Positions 36,038 through 46,654 are shown, counted from the first letter of the stretch. The stretch is 64,000 bases of DNA from Candidatus Poribacteria bacterium (GCA_965215265.1 OZ244048.1:128001-192000), one strand, 5' to 3'. The notes: generated by a model not told the origin, from the letters alone. Numbers and translations are program-made.

Positions 36038-37051
36038 TTATTCTTGGTGCAGTGTAGCTGACCTGCGTGGGGGGCTGAATTCCTGTTCGGTCAACGGGAT
36101 TGCATCTTTCTGGTAAACCTGTACTCGATAAGAACCGTTGTCTGGCACAAACATAAGTCCTTCTTCGCTGACAGTGACAGATTTTGGTTTGCGGAGATAT
36201 TTCTGCGGTTCAAGGTCGGCCATATCGCGCATCCGATTAGGACTTGCGTTCGTCATCATGTAATCGCGCGCGACTTTTGACAACGTAGCATCTCCAAGGA
36301 ATTTTTGAACGTACCGCCCCTCAGCGTTGAAGAGTTGTACCCGATCATTACCGGTATCCGCCACGTAAATATCACCGTGCAAGTCTACGTCAATGCCAGC
36401 AGGTCGATTGAATTCGCCGTTTCCGTCTCCTGATGTCCCGAATGTGAAGAGAAAATCCCCTTCTGCTGTAAATTTCTGTACCCGGTCGTTTCGCCAATCA
36501 ACAACGTAGACATCACTGAGTTCATCGACAGCGATGCCCCAAGGCATGTTAAATTCGCCTTCTCCAGTGCCGTAACATCCCCATTGTAATAGAAATGTAC
36601 CTGCTTTGGTAAATTTTTGGACTCTATGCGCGAGGCTGTCAACGACGTAGAGGTTTTCGTCCGGATCTAAGGCAATGCCGGCAGGTCCATTAAGTTGCCC
36701 CGGGGCTGTTCCGTGCTCGCCCCAGGTTCGGAGATGTTCGCCTTCTTTGTTAAACGCGACGATCCGGTGCAGAAATTCATCTGACACGTAGAGGTTTTCG
36801 TCGCTATCGGAAGTAATAGTAACTGGCCATGTAAATTGGCCTTCGCCGCGTCCGTAGCGTCCGAGGGTCCCGAGGTCTTCGTCATCAACGTTGTACTTCC
36901 GAATCATCGCTGTGCCGGTGCTGCGACACATGATATATAAACGTCCCTCTTTTCCGAGGGCGATATCAATAGGAAAGTTGGTTGTCCGGCGCATACTGAG
37001 ACATTTGAGGTATGGAAAGCCGGCTCTCAATAGGCCGTAGGGTCTGCCCAT
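36038..37051 (-). CDS. NHL-repeat beta-propeller protein
   Basis: Repeats of G.G.GEFN.P.GIAVD...YV.D..N.RVQ.F; no signal peptide. Confidence 0.9.
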   Translation of the reverse strand: MGRPYGLLRAGFPYLKCLSMRRTTNFPIDIALGKEGRLYIMCRSTGTAMIRKYNVDDEDLGTLGRYGRGEGQFTWPVTITSDSDENLYVSDEFLHRIVAFNKEGEHLRTWGEHGTAPGQLNGPAGIALDPDENLYVVDSLAHRVQKFTKAGTFLLQWGCYGTGEGEFNMPWGIAVDELSDVYVVDWRNDRVQKFTAEGDFLFTFGTSGDGNGEFNRPAGIDVDLHGDIYVADTGNDRVQLFNAEGRYVQKFLGDATLSKVARDYMMTNASPNRMRDMADLEPQKYLRKPKSVTVSEEGLMFVPDNGSYRVQVYQKDAIPLTEQEFSPPRRSATLHQE

Positions 37052-37083
37052 GATGCACCTCCATTTTTGATGGCTCGGTTCAC

Positions 37084-38223
37084 TTAGGAATAGGAAAACG
37101 GATGAATTTGTTCGAAATTTCCTGTGACAATAGGGTTTGCGTCAACGCCCATCCACTGTTCGAGTATGGTCCCGTATATCCCGCGGAAATCAATAGTATG
37201 TTCCAAATCTTCGCCATGAACCCAACGTGCAGGGTCAAGGGATGGGTACTCAGCATAGAGTCCGCCCTTCACCTTATCGCCGATAATAAACGCACCACCG
37301 CCGGTGCCGTGGTCTGTACCGCTAGCATTGTCTCGGATGCGGCGGCCGAATTCCGTGAATACGAACATGACAACTTCTTCGGATGCGTTCTGTGCACGTA
37401 AATCTGTGAAGAATGCTTGTATCGCTTCCGATAATTCCTTTAACAATCGTGGATGTGTTGGGACTTCGTTAGCATGGTTGTCGTAACCACCGTGCTGAGT
37501 GTAGAAGACGCGGGTGCCTAAGTTAGCGAGATGTACGCGTGCGACATCGCGCAAGCTTTTGGCAATCGAGCTGCTCGGGTACTCAACATCGGAAGTATAC
37601 ATGGCAGGTGCCTTTTTAAGTTCATCAGCCCCTTTGATTACATCGAGTCCTGTCTGGCTGAGGTAATCCATGACAATCCCGCTTCCAACGGTGCCGCTAT
37701 ACATCTGTTTGAATATCTCGAGTGCCTGGGTGCGTTGTGTTTCATCGCCTATGCTGGTCATCAAACCGTAGTTGTCCAAGTCGCCGACCGATGTGACAGG
37801 GATGCCGGCGAGCGTGCATGCCCGGGGGAGTCCCTGCCCGAAGCTAACACAAGTTAGCACGTTTTGACTTTTTGGGTCCAATTCACGGACGAGCCTGCCA
37901 ACCCAACCTTCATTACCAATTTTATCGGGTTCACAAGTATGCCAGATATCCATTGCCCGGAAATGAGACCTGTTGGAATCTGGATAGCCGATTCCCTGTA
38001 TAACAGCAACATCGCCTTGGTCGAACATCTTTTTGAGGGGTGCAGCGTGCGGATTCCACCCGAGTGTATCGTGTAACGGGAGGACATCTCCTGCTTTAAT
38101 ACCTACAACCGGACGGGCATCGTGATAAATCCCGCTGGTGTAAGGGATGAGGGTGTTCATGAAATCGTTGCCGCCCGTTAACTGGACGACGACGAGGACT
38201 GGGGCATTCTTTGTATCAGTCAT
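37084..38223 (-). CDS. DUF1501 family protein
   Basis: LVVVQLTGGND, GYPDSNRSHFRAMDIW, GGYDNH and TEFGRR..DNASGTDHG motifs. Confidence 0.9.
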   Translation of the reverse strand: MTDTKNAPVLVVVQLTGGNDFMNTLIPYTSGIYHDARPVVGIKAGDVLPLHDTLGWNPHAAPLKKMFDQGDVAVIQGIGYPDSNRSHFRAMDIWHTCEPDKIGNEGWVGRLVRELDPKSQNVLTCVSFGQGLPRACTLAGIPVTSVGDLDNYGLMTSIGDETQRTQALEIFKQMYSGTVGSGIVMDYLSQTGLDVIKGADELKKAPAMYTSDVEYPSSSIAKSLRDVARVHLANLGTRVFYTQHGGYDNHANEVPTHPRLLKELSEAIQAFFTDLRAQNASEEVVMFVFTEFGRRIRDNASGTDHGTGGGAFIIGDKVKGGLYAEYPSLDPARWVHGEDLEHTIDFRGIYGTILEQWMGVDANPIVTGNFEQIHPFSYS

Positions 38224-38323
38224 TTTCGTTATCTCCTTCCCAACTTCGCGGCATGCGTTTTCACACGTTGCTCTTTGGTAGTCATGTTATGTTACGCGTT
38301 CAGAGCCCGTGCGGTATGATAGA

Positions 38324-39751
38324 TTAGCAGAGTTGATATTCTCTTGATGCAACAATTAACTGGAGCAGATTAACGACACGCTCTTGATTTTCCCTAGAAG
38401 CTGCTTCGTCTTCAAAATCCAATTGACCGGTTTCTTCAGCAAATTGGATCAGATATTGACGCGTGGTGCCGGCGACTGTCATTGGGCCGGCAAATTCAAG
38501 GCATTTCTCAACGAATGTTTCTGATGATAAGGAATTCTCAGAACTTTTGTATTCTGCAGAGAGACGTTCGATAATATCTTGGATCCCCGGTTTGGAGGCA
38601 TCGCTGACTTCCTGCACAGCGAAATTAACGCGCGACGTGAGTAAACCGCCATCAATCCATTCCTTACCGGTGTGCCAGCCTTCAACCGTGGGTGGATTTA
38701 GGAGCTGCTGCCCCATCAAACTTGTGGCCCCGGCGTACCGCGAGATGCCCGGTTCTGGCTGTTGAAAGGTACCTACTAACTTAAGGATACCTGTCACCAG
38801 TTCGGTTGGGCTTTTGACTTTCTTAAATCGAGCTGCTTTAAAGAAGTCGGAATTGAAGAGGGTGCTAAGGATTTGTACCATATTCCCATCGGATTCCATG
38901 AACACGTTTGCAAGTACGTCAATCGCCTCCGGATCGCTAGGGGGTGTGACATTCCATGACGGCACCTGCGGCTCATCGGCTACGAAGAAATTATATAGAT
39001 GCCGTGCGATAAACTTGGCACAAGCGGGTTGCTCTACAATAATGTTAATGATATCGTTGCCGTTAAAGTGCCCTGTGTGTCCTAAAAAGTTTTTTTCACC
39101 GTCGTCATGTTCTTCTTCGACAAATATGAATTCGGGTGAATGGTAACCGTGGGGGTACAAAGGAATAGGTTGGGCGAACGTCCAGCCTGTAAAGGCACGT
39201 GCACAGTTCTTAATGTCATCTTCCGTATAGTTTCCTACTCCCAATGAGAAAAGTTCCAGGAGTTCCCTGCCGTAATTTTCATTCGGTTCTCCTTTCCGAT
39301 TTTCATTATTATCAAGCCAGAAGATCATCGCCGGGTCTTTCGAGAGTTCCAGCAGGATGTCCCGCATTTTTCCCATCCCGACGCGCCGAAATGTATCAAT
39401 CTGATCTGTCGATGCAAGGATGTGCTGATTCTTTCCGAGCCCCGTGGCGAACACATGATGCCAGAACAGTGCCATCTTTTCTTGGAGTGGGCATTTATTG
39501 TTCAGCATCCGATATATCCAAATTCCGACGTAGGCACCCTCTCCGCCAAAGTAACGTTCTAAGATATCCTCTTCAATCGGGGTACCACGTTCGGGATGTA
39601 GGAGCTCGTCAACTACGTTCTCGTAGCCTTTTTCAACATAGGTTTCAAGTTCGGCGCGGGTTGCTCCGAACCCCGCGCGGCGCATGAGATGCGCCATCAT
39701 ATCAAGGTTAGCATGTTGTGCATGTCCTGATGCAACGCCGTTTCCTGACAT
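38324..39751 (-). CDS. DUF1800 family protein
   Basis: HLMRRAGFG, LQEKMALFWHHVF, PNENYGRELLELFSLG and ARAFTGW motifs. Confidence 0.9.
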   Translation of the reverse strand: MSGNGVASGHAQHANLDMMAHLMRRAGFGATRAELETYVEKGYENVVDELLHPERGTPIEEDILERYFGGEGAYVGIWIYRMLNNKCPLQEKMALFWHHVFATGLGKNQHILASTDQIDTFRRVGMGKMRDILLELSKDPAMIFWLDNNENRKGEPNENYGRELLELFSLGVGNYTEDDIKNCARAFTGWTFAQPIPLYPHGYHSPEFIFVEEEHDDGEKNFLGHTGHFNGNDIINIIVEQPACAKFIARHLYNFFVADEPQVPSWNVTPPSDPEAIDVLANVFMESDGNMVQILSTLFNSDFFKAARFKKVKSPTELVTGILKLVGTFQQPEPGISRYAGATSLMGQQLLNPPTVEGWHTGKEWIDGGLLTSRVNFAVQEVSDASKPGIQDIIERLSAEYKSSENSLSSETFVEKCLEFAGPMTVAGTTRQYLIQFAEETGQLDFEDEAASRENQERVVNLLQLIVASREYQLC

Positions 39752-40156
39752 GTTATCCTCCGTTCTTGCTGGAGCCAGCTGAGGCTCCGCCTATAGGTTA
39801 CATCTGTCCATAATGTGGAATACCTATAGATTTCACACGACTGGGGTTAATGTGGTGTAAACTACGGTTTTGGCCATCTCAACTGATGCATCATAATTTA
39901 CAATAATTAGTAAAAAAAGTCAAATTTTTGATCGTGCTCTGAAAATGATGTGGGAGAGCAATCTATAATAGAATAGAATAGGTTAAAACATGACTGAAAT
40001 TTAGTTGGCACAACACCTATTATGGTAGATTTATCGAATGACATTAAAGCCAAATTTTGCTATAATGTCTACTACGGAAAATAGCATGCTGTGCATGCCG
40101 AAAATCGTTATATGGTGTTTTGGAAGCTGCCTAATTATCCATTGAGGAATTCGGAA

Positions 40157-40966
40157 ATGAAAATAAGTTCATGGTTCTTTGCCTGTTTAGTCGTCTTATC
40201 AGGTGTGGGTGCTGCGTTTCTATCTTGGTTTCGCGTTGAAAATGATACGCGAGTTGGACAGAAAGCCGTGCTGCAAAGTATGGAAACTTTTAGTCATACT
40301 CTATTTGACGATGTGCTGCAAACGTTCGTTGATACAGAAGGTAAGATTGATTATGCACGTCTGAAGGCAGAACCCGAAAAATTGGAGGCGTATTTGGATC
40401 TATTGGCGGTTGCGAACCGTGAAGAGATGTCTTATAACGAGGAGCTCGCTTTCTGGATTAACGCCTACAATGCCCTAGTGATTAAAGGCGTTGTTGATAG
40501 GTATCCGACAACGAGTGTCCGAAAGATTAAACCGTTTGGTGGATTTTTCTCCCGCCTTCGATTTCAGGTTGCGGGAAAAAGTTACACGCTCAATCAAATT
40601 GAGCATGATGTTATCCGGGCGGAATTTGTGGATGCACGGGTGCACTTTGTCTTAGTCTGCGCATCACGTGGGTGCCCCAGTTTGGAAAATCGTGCTTTTT
40701 TAAAAGAAACAGTAGAAGAACGACTTGAAGCTGCCACGCTGAAATTTGCCCGGGACCCAGAGAAAGTGAGGCTTGACCGGGAGGAACGGCGGTTGTATCT
40801 TTCAAAAATTTTCAAATGGTACGAAAGCGATTTTACAGAAGGGTATGCTGGTGTGGTCGATTTCCTGATGGATTACCTCTCTCCAGCAGATGTCAATTTC
40901 CTCGAAACCGAAGAGGTAGAATCTCGCTATTTAGAGTATGATTGGACACTGAACGATAAACAGTAA
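40157..40966 (+). CDS. DUF547 domain protein
   Basis: LAFWINAYNA, LNQIEH, RVHFVLVCASRGCP, LSKIFKWY and YDWTLN motifs; N-terminal TM/signal. Confidence 0.9.
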   Translation: MKISSWFFACLVVLSGVGAAFLSWFRVENDTRVGQKAVLQSMETFSHTLFDDVLQTFVDTEGKIDYARLKAEPEKLEAYLDLLAVANREEMSYNEELAFWINAYNALVIKGVVDRYPTTSVRKIKPFGGFFSRLRFQVAGKSYTLNQIEHDVIRAEFVDARVHFVLVCASRGCPSLENRAFLKETVEERLEAATLKFARDPEKVRLDREERRLYLSKIFKWYESDFTEGYAGVVDFLMDYLSPADVNFLETEEVESRYLEYDWTLNDKQ

Positions 40967-40977
40967 GGAGGATTTTT

Positions 40978-42012
40978 ATGATAAATACTGCAGTTATTGG
41001 CTACGGCTATGCCGGTCGTGCTTTTCACTCCTATCTTGTCGGCTTAGCAGACGGTCTGAACCTTTACGCTATTGCCACACGAGACGCGGAGCGGCGTGAA
41101 GCCGCTCGTCAAAAATACGCAAACGCTCGGATATACCAAACGATTGATGAAGTCATTGCAGATAATGCGGTAGCGCTCGTGGTTTTAGCAACACCGCACG
41201 ATACGCATGCTGAACTTGCCATTAGAGCGATGGATGCAGGGAAACATGTGGTTACGGATAAAATTATGGCGATGAATACTGCCGAGGCCGATGCAATGAT
41301 CTCCGCGAGTCAACTTAATAATGTCATGCTCAGCGTTTTTCACAACCGGCGGTGGGATTGGGACTATCTGACGGTGAAAAAAGTTATCGCGGCTGGGCTG
41401 CTTGGAACACCGTATCTTTTCCAAGTTGCTATTATGCGCTACGGGCGGCCGGGTGGTTGGCGGAGCATCAAAGAACACAGCGGCGGTATCCTTTATGATT
41501 GGCCCGCCCACTTTGTCGATCAGGCGTTGCAATTCGTGCAGGCACCGGTTGAAACTGTCTTTTGCGATATCCATTACAATCCCAAATGGGATATTGACAT
41601 CGGCAACTATGCCAATCTCATCATTAAGTTTCAGAACGATGTGCGGTACCAGATTGAGATTGGTAATCTTTCTAAAGCAGATAAGCCGCGGTGGTATGTT
41701 GTAGGAGATTTAGGCGGCTTAATTAAGTACGGCTTGGATCCGCAGGAGGGTCCCATGCGAGACGGTAATATTGATGCCGCCGAGGAAGATCCTGCTAACT
41801 ACGCTAAGGTCTGGACCGAGGCCGATGGAGAATCTCGTGAACTTGTCGTTGAGAGTGTACGCAGTACTTGGAAATCTTACTACCAGAACATCTCGGATGT
41901 CCTGAACAGAGGTGCGGAATTGGCCGTCAAACCTGAAGAGGTGCGTAAAACTATGCAGGTTTATGATGCTGCGATGAAGTCTGCAGAAACAGGAGAGACG
42001 GTGCATTTATAG
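40978..42012 (+). CDS. Gfo/Idh/MocA oxidoreductase
   Basis: IGYGYAG, AGKHVVTDK, FHNRRWD and GGILYDWPAHFVDQ motifs. Confidence 0.92.
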   Translation: MINTAVIGYGYAGRAFHSYLVGLADGLNLYAIATRDAERREAARQKYANARIYQTIDEVIADNAVALVVLATPHDTHAELAIRAMDAGKHVVTDKIMAMNTAEADAMISASQLNNVMLSVFHNRRWDWDYLTVKKVIAAGLLGTPYLFQVAIMRYGRPGGWRSIKEHSGGILYDWPAHFVDQALQFVQAPVETVFCDIHYNPKWDIDIGNYANLIIKFQNDVRYQIEIGNLSKADKPRWYVVGDLGGLIKYGLDPQEGPMRDGNIDAAEEDPANYAKVWTEADGESRELVVESVRSTWKSYYQNISDVLNRGAELAVKPEEVRKTMQVYDAAMKSAETGETVHL

Positions 42013-42204
42013 CCGGAGTGACGCAATAGGATTGTTCATATAATGGACAATAGTGTTCAATTTATGATAGGATTACCGACGATGGAAATACTGTGAAGCA
42101 AGGCAGCACTGAACTTGCAGCTTTACCCTACATTGGCACTGTACTTGCTTTAACCCTTAAAAAAGGACAACGTGCTGATAAAGCATGCCTATAGGAGAGT
42201 TAAC

Positions 42205-43332
42205 ATGAAAATCAACATCAAAAATAGCATTGGATTCATTGTGGTGGTGCTGCTCGTCAGTGCAGCTGGACATGGCGGGGCAAACCCGATTCAACCGATT
42301 GCTGACGAATCCATGTACCAGGAATTAAATCAACAAGTGCTTGTGAGTATTGACAAAGGATTGGAATGGCTAAAAGGTCAGCAGTCAGAAGATGGGTTCT
42401 TCGCAGAACACCCCGGAATAACTGCACTCGCAATCACGGCTTTTTTGCGGCATCCAGAAAAAAAATATTCGGAAGCATCACATCCATTTATCCAGAAGTC
42501 ACTGAAGCGCTTGATTGCGATGCAGCAACCAAACGGTGGGATCTATGATGTAGAGCGGCAGCCCGCGCTACCGAATTATACCACTGCTATCTCCGTCATG
42601 GCACTTAGCTCAACGGGAAATCCAGAATATGCAGAGGTTATTACGAAAGCGCAAGCCTTCCTCAAGAGTCTGCAAATCACAGACGAGGAGAGCGTCTATT
42701 ATGGCGGTATTGGTTACGGCAGTCGTGAAACCGTGAATGATTTGTCCAACCTAAACCTTGCAATTCAGGCACTCAAAGAGAGCGGTTCTGATGACGAGGA
42801 AGTTTGGAATAAGGCGATTAAATTTCTAGAACGCACTCAGAACCGGAGCGAAAGTAACGATCAGGCCTGGGCAGGCAACGATGGGGGATTTATCTATAGT
42901 CCAGATGGCGAAAGTAAAGCCGGCACAGATGGAGCCGGCAGCCCGCGTAGTTATGCTAGCATGACGTATGCCGGTTTGCTGAGTTTTATCTATGCAAATG
43001 TTGATAAAAACGACGAGCGGGTCCAAGCCGCAGTCAAATGGATTCAGCGGCATTTCACTGTGGAAGAAAATTACGGCATGGGGGCGCAAGGGCTCTATTA
43101 CAACTATCATACCATGGCAAAGGCATTGCAACTCTATGGAAAACCTACGCTCGTAGACGCTAAGGGTGTGACACACGATTGGTACCGAGAATTGGCAGGA
43201 AAACTGATAGAGACGCAGAAACCTGATGGTTTCTGGATAAACAAAGAGAGCCGCTGGATGGAACAAATCCCTGAATTGGTAACCAGTTACGCGGTTCTGG
43301 CTCTTGACACTGCCTATCCACAATCAAAATAG
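42205..43332 (+). CDS. Secreted prenyltransferase/squalene-cyclase-repeat (alpha/alpha barrel) protein
   Basis: Signal peptide; QW-type repeats GLEWLKGQQSEDG, LIAMQQPNGG and LIETQKPDGFW; DLSN and NDGGFIY motifs. Confidence 0.8.
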   Translation: MKINIKNSIGFIVVVLLVSAAGHGGANPIQPIADESMYQELNQQVLVSIDKGLEWLKGQQSEDGFFAEHPGITALAITAFLRHPEKKYSEASHPFIQKSLKRLIAMQQPNGGIYDVERQPALPNYTTAISVMALSSTGNPEYAEVITKAQAFLKSLQITDEESVYYGGIGYGSRETVNDLSNLNLAIQALKESGSDDEEVWNKAIKFLERTQNRSESNDQAWAGNDGGFIYSPDGESKAGTDGAGSPRSYASMTYAGLLSFIYANVDKNDERVQAAVKWIQRHFTVEENYGMGAQGLYYNYHTMAKALQLYGKPTLVDAKGVTHDWYRELAGKLIETQKPDGFWINKESRWMEQIPELVTSYAVLALDTAYPQSK

Positions 43333-43391
43333 GTGGGTTTAGAGCACCTTTCTAATCTGTATTCTCAAGCTCTATTCTTTTCTGATTTTGG

Positions 43392-43467
43392 GCGAATCTT
43401 TCGTATCCCGCGGAGATAGCATAGCTGTTTTCGAGGGGTACGAAAGATTCGCTTTTTTATTTTTTTC
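43392..43467 (+). terminator. Long-stem intrinsic terminator
   Basis: gcgaatctttcgtatccc pairs with ggggtacgaaagattcgc, an inner G-U stem extends it, and ttttttattttttt follows. Confidence 0.8.
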
Positions 43468-43472
43468 TAAAT

Positions 43473-43496
43473 AAACCTATTTTCCCTAAAGACGTT
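43473..43496 (+). promoter_or_regulatory. Putative ECF-sigma promoter (AAAC-N16-CGTT)
   Basis: ataaac-ctattttccctaaaga-cgttaaa; the motif recurs at 45117. Confidence 0.5.
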
Positions 43497-43581
43497 AAAC
43501 AGACATATATAAAAAATATAAAAGTCTGGCATGAGAATGCTGGCATATTTGGATAAAGAATAAACAAACTAAGGAGAAAAG

Positions 43582-44883
43582 ATGCGTTTCATTGAGGGCA
43601 TATCTGTTGGAATTGCCGCAATTCGCAGTAACAAAATGCGTTCGTTGCTAACGATGTTAGGTATCGTCATCGGTGTGGCTGCAGTCTTGGCTATGATAGC
43701 GATCGGTGATGGTGCCAAGATTATCGTACTGCAAGACGCTGAAAAACTTGGTGGTGCGAACCAGTTCGTTATATACAACTCTCGTTACAAATGGACAGGA
43801 ACCCGGTGGGTACGTAGCCGGAGCAATGAGTACCTGGAGTATGAAGATGTGCTGGCGATTGAAGCCTCATGTCCATCTGTTAAAGCAGTCACCCCTAGAA
43901 TTCCTGATTGGAAGGGCGTTTTAATTCAAGCAGACGGAGGTGCTGAGACCCGTGCCGGCTATAACGGTGTTGATGCTACCTTTACAAAAGCAATGGGATG
44001 GGACATTCAGGAAGGGCGGTTTATTTCAGATGAAGACGTTCAAAATGCAACGAAAGTCTGTGTGCTGGGTGCAGAAACTGCAGTCGCATTATTCCGTGAT
44101 GAATCGCCCTTAGGCAAAGAGGTCAAAATTGCAAGAGGTGGTTCCCGGTATGACCGGTGGGGACGAAGGGACAAAAAGCGAAGCACGGAACGTTTTACTG
44201 TTGTTGGAACGTTAGTCCAACGCGGCCGAAGCCTAAGATTCGGTTGGAGTTTTGACAATCTTATCTTTATGCCTCTGACGACTACCCAAGCTCGTTTTAC
44301 CGGCAACGACCGGGTGCAAGATATTGTCGTGCACGCGCATACAGTAGAGAAGGTCCCGAAAGCGATCGAAGAGGTAGAAGCGGTGCTCCGCAAACAACAT
44401 AGGAATGAAGACGGCTTCTACAAAATCTTTGATATGCGTGCTGGTATTGCGCAGTTGGAGAAAATCAGCAAAGTCATCAAAATTGCGTTAGGCAGCATCG
44501 CCGGTTTCTCACTGCTTGTTGGGGGCATCGGTATCATGAATATGATGTTAGTTGCCGTAACAGAACGGACGCGGGAAATTGGGCTGCGGAAGGCTCTCGG
44601 AGCAAAGAGTTTGGATATTCTGGTGCAGTTTTTAATGGAAGCAGTTGTGATGTGTTGCGTCGGTGGCATCTTAGGTGCAGGAATCGGTATCTTTGCCGGC
44701 GAAGGGATGGCGCACCTTGCGGTTAACATTGTTAAGATCGTTCCGGAGTGGCCTGCAGTTGTTTCCAAAGAGTGGATCCTGGTTTCAGTCTCTTTTTCAG
44801 CAGCAATCGGTATCTCGTTCGGGTTATATCCGGCGCTAAAAGCGATGCAGTTGGCTCCGATTGAAGCCTTACGTGCTGATTAA
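43582..44883 (+). CDS. MacB/FtsX-like ABC permease 1
   Basis: NKMRSLLTMLGIVIGV, GGIGIMNMMLVAVTERTREIGLRKALGA and FGLYPA motifs; no ATPase domain. Confidence 0.93.
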   Translation: MRFIEGISVGIAAIRSNKMRSLLTMLGIVIGVAAVLAMIAIGDGAKIIVLQDAEKLGGANQFVIYNSRYKWTGTRWVRSRSNEYLEYEDVLAIEASCPSVKAVTPRIPDWKGVLIQADGGAETRAGYNGVDATFTKAMGWDIQEGRFISDEDVQNATKVCVLGAETAVALFRDESPLGKEVKIARGGSRYDRWGRRDKKRSTERFTVVGTLVQRGRSLRFGWSFDNLIFMPLTTTQARFTGNDRVQDIVVHAHTVEKVPKAIEEVEAVLRKQHRNEDGFYKIFDMRAGIAQLEKISKVIKIALGSIAGFSLLVGGIGIMNMMLVAVTERTREIGLRKALGAKSLDILVQFLMEAVVMCCVGGILGAGIGIFAGEGMAHLAVNIVKIVPEWPAVVSKEWILVSVSFSAAIGISFGLYPALKAMQLAPIEALRAD

Positions 44884-45116
44884 AACCCGCGATTTTCTGT
44901 CAACATTTCCGGTTTAATGAATTAATTGCCTTGCTGTACGTATTGTACCGTACTGATGCAGCAAGAGAATCACGATTGCAAAGTAGCTCTCCAGGTTCTG
45001 AAAAGAATTTGGGGTTATCGTTATCTGCAACTCTCCGGATGGGTTGCAAGGTCTATACTGAATCGTAACAAGCACTCCTCATAAATCTTGATTCAAACCG
45101 GTGATTTTAAAATTAT

Positions 45117-45140
45117 AAACCTATTTCACCAGTTCACGTC
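45117..45140 (+). promoter_or_regulatory. Putative ECF-sigma promoter (AAAC-N16-CGTC)
   Basis: ataaac-ctatttcaccagttca-cgtcaaa; an RpoE-like GAACTT-N16-GTCTTA follows at 45213-45240. Confidence 0.5.
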
Positions 45141-45349
45141 AAAGAGATAAGTGGATTTCTACAGCGTGTTTTGCTAACCTATCAAAGCAGAAACATTTTG
45201 CAATTTTCGTACGAACTTTTTTTACCCCTTCGTTGTCTTAATTAAATATAGATATATCCTCATGGTTCAAAATAGGATTGCTTTAGAGCAGAGCTTACGA
45301 GTGTATATTGAAAAATATATAAGTAATAGACAGGTAGGGAGGAAACGAT

Positions 45350-46654
45350 ATGCGTATCTTTGAAGGGGTATCTGTTGGAATTACTGCGATTCGCAGTAAC
45401 AAAATGCGTTCTCTATTGACAATGCTTGGGATTATCATCGGGGTTGCCTCGGTGCTTGCGATGATAGCCATCGGGGATGGTGCCAAAGTTATTGTGCTTC
45501 AGGATGCACAAAAGTTGGGTGGTGTGAACCAGTTTACGATGTATCGCAGCAGCCATAAGCGCGTTGGGAACCGCTGGGTCCCGAATCGGAGTAACGAGTA
45601 CTTTGACTATGACGATGTTCTGGCAATAGAGGCTGAATGTCCTTCGGTTAAAGTTGTTGTGCCGCGCATCCCTGAATGGCGAGGTGTGCTTGTTCAAGCC
45701 ATCGGTGGCGCAGAAACGCGAACCGGCTATAACGGTGTGAATGCGACTTTTGCAGAGGCAATGGATTGGGGTATTCAAATGGGCCGGTTTATTTCAGACG
45801 AAGATATTGAAAATCAAGCGAAAGTCTGTGTATTGGGGAGCGAAGTCGTTACGGCTCTCTTCGGTCTGCAGGACCCCCTCGGCAAAGAAGTTAAAATTGG
45901 TAAAGGCAGTGGGGGTCGTTTTGACCGGTACGGCCGGCGAGATCAGAAGCGAATAACTGAGCGCTTTACTGTTGTTGGCACGATGGAAACTCGTGGGCGA
46001 AGTCTACGGTTCGGTTGGAATTTAGATGACATGATATTTATTCCGATCACGACTACACAAGAACGTTTCACGGGTAACGATAGGATTGTAATGCTTTCTG
46101 TGCACGCGAATACTGTGGATGATGTCCCGAAGGCGATTGAAGAGGTGAAAACTGTCCTCAGGAAACGACACAAAAATCAAGACGATTTCTTCAGTATATG
46201 GGATATGCGTGAAGGTATGGCACAGTTGGATAAGATTAGTAAAGTCATCAAAATCGCGTTAGGCAGCATTGCTGGTTTCTCGTTGCTTGTAGGGGGTATC
46301 GGCATCATGAATATGATGTTAGTCGCTGTCAGTGAGCGAACACGCGAGATTGGGTTGCGAAAGGCATTAGGTGCTAAGAAATTAGATATTCTGGTTCAGT
46401 TTCTCATGGAAGCAGTTGTGCTGTGCAGTGTGGGTGGTGTGCTCGGTGTAGCGTTAGGTATTTTTGCTGGGGAAGGGATGGCGCATCTTGCGGTTAACAT
46501 CGTCAAGATTGTGCCAGAATGGCCGTCGGTGATTTCCAAACAGTGGATCCTCATTGCAGTATCGTTTTCTGCAACAATTGGGATCTCTTTTGGGCTGTAT
46601 CCTGCGGTAAAAGCGTCAATGCTCATGCCCATTGAGGCATTGCGAACCGAATAA
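45350..46654 (+). CDS. MacB/FtsX-like ABC permease 2 (close paralog of permease 1)
   Basis: Same motifs, colinear with 43582-44883. Confidence 0.93.
   Translation: MRIFEGVSVGITAIRSNKMRSLLTMLGIIIGVASVLAMIAIGDGAKVIVLQDAQKLGGVNQFTMYRSSHKRVGNRWVPNRSNEYFDYDDVLAIEAECPSVKVVVPRIPEWRGVLVQAIGGAETRTGYNGVNATFAEAMDWGIQMGRFISDEDIENQAKVCVLGSEVVTALFGLQDPLGKEVKIGKGSGGRFDRYGRRDQKRITERFTVVGTMETRGRSLRFGWNLDDMIFIPITTTQERFTGNDRIVMLSVHANTVDDVPKAIEEVKTVLRKRHKNQDDFFSIWDMREGMAQLDKISKVIKIALGSIAGFSLLVGGIGIMNMMLVAVSERTREIGLRKALGAKKLDILVQFLMEAVVLCSVGGVLGVALGIFAGEGMAHLAVNIVKIVPEWPSVISKQWILIAVSFSATIGISFGLYPAVKASMLMPIEALRTE

Noticed and set aside
44884-45110. Possible ncRNA in the long gap between permeases 1 and 2
   Set aside because: Only weak short hairpins, with no recognisable family or clear promoter-terminator pair.
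43582-46654. Paralogous permease segments as a DGR template/variable repeat pair
   Set aside because: Differences are mostly synonymous third-position changes of all types, not adenine-specific, and no reverse transcriptase is present.
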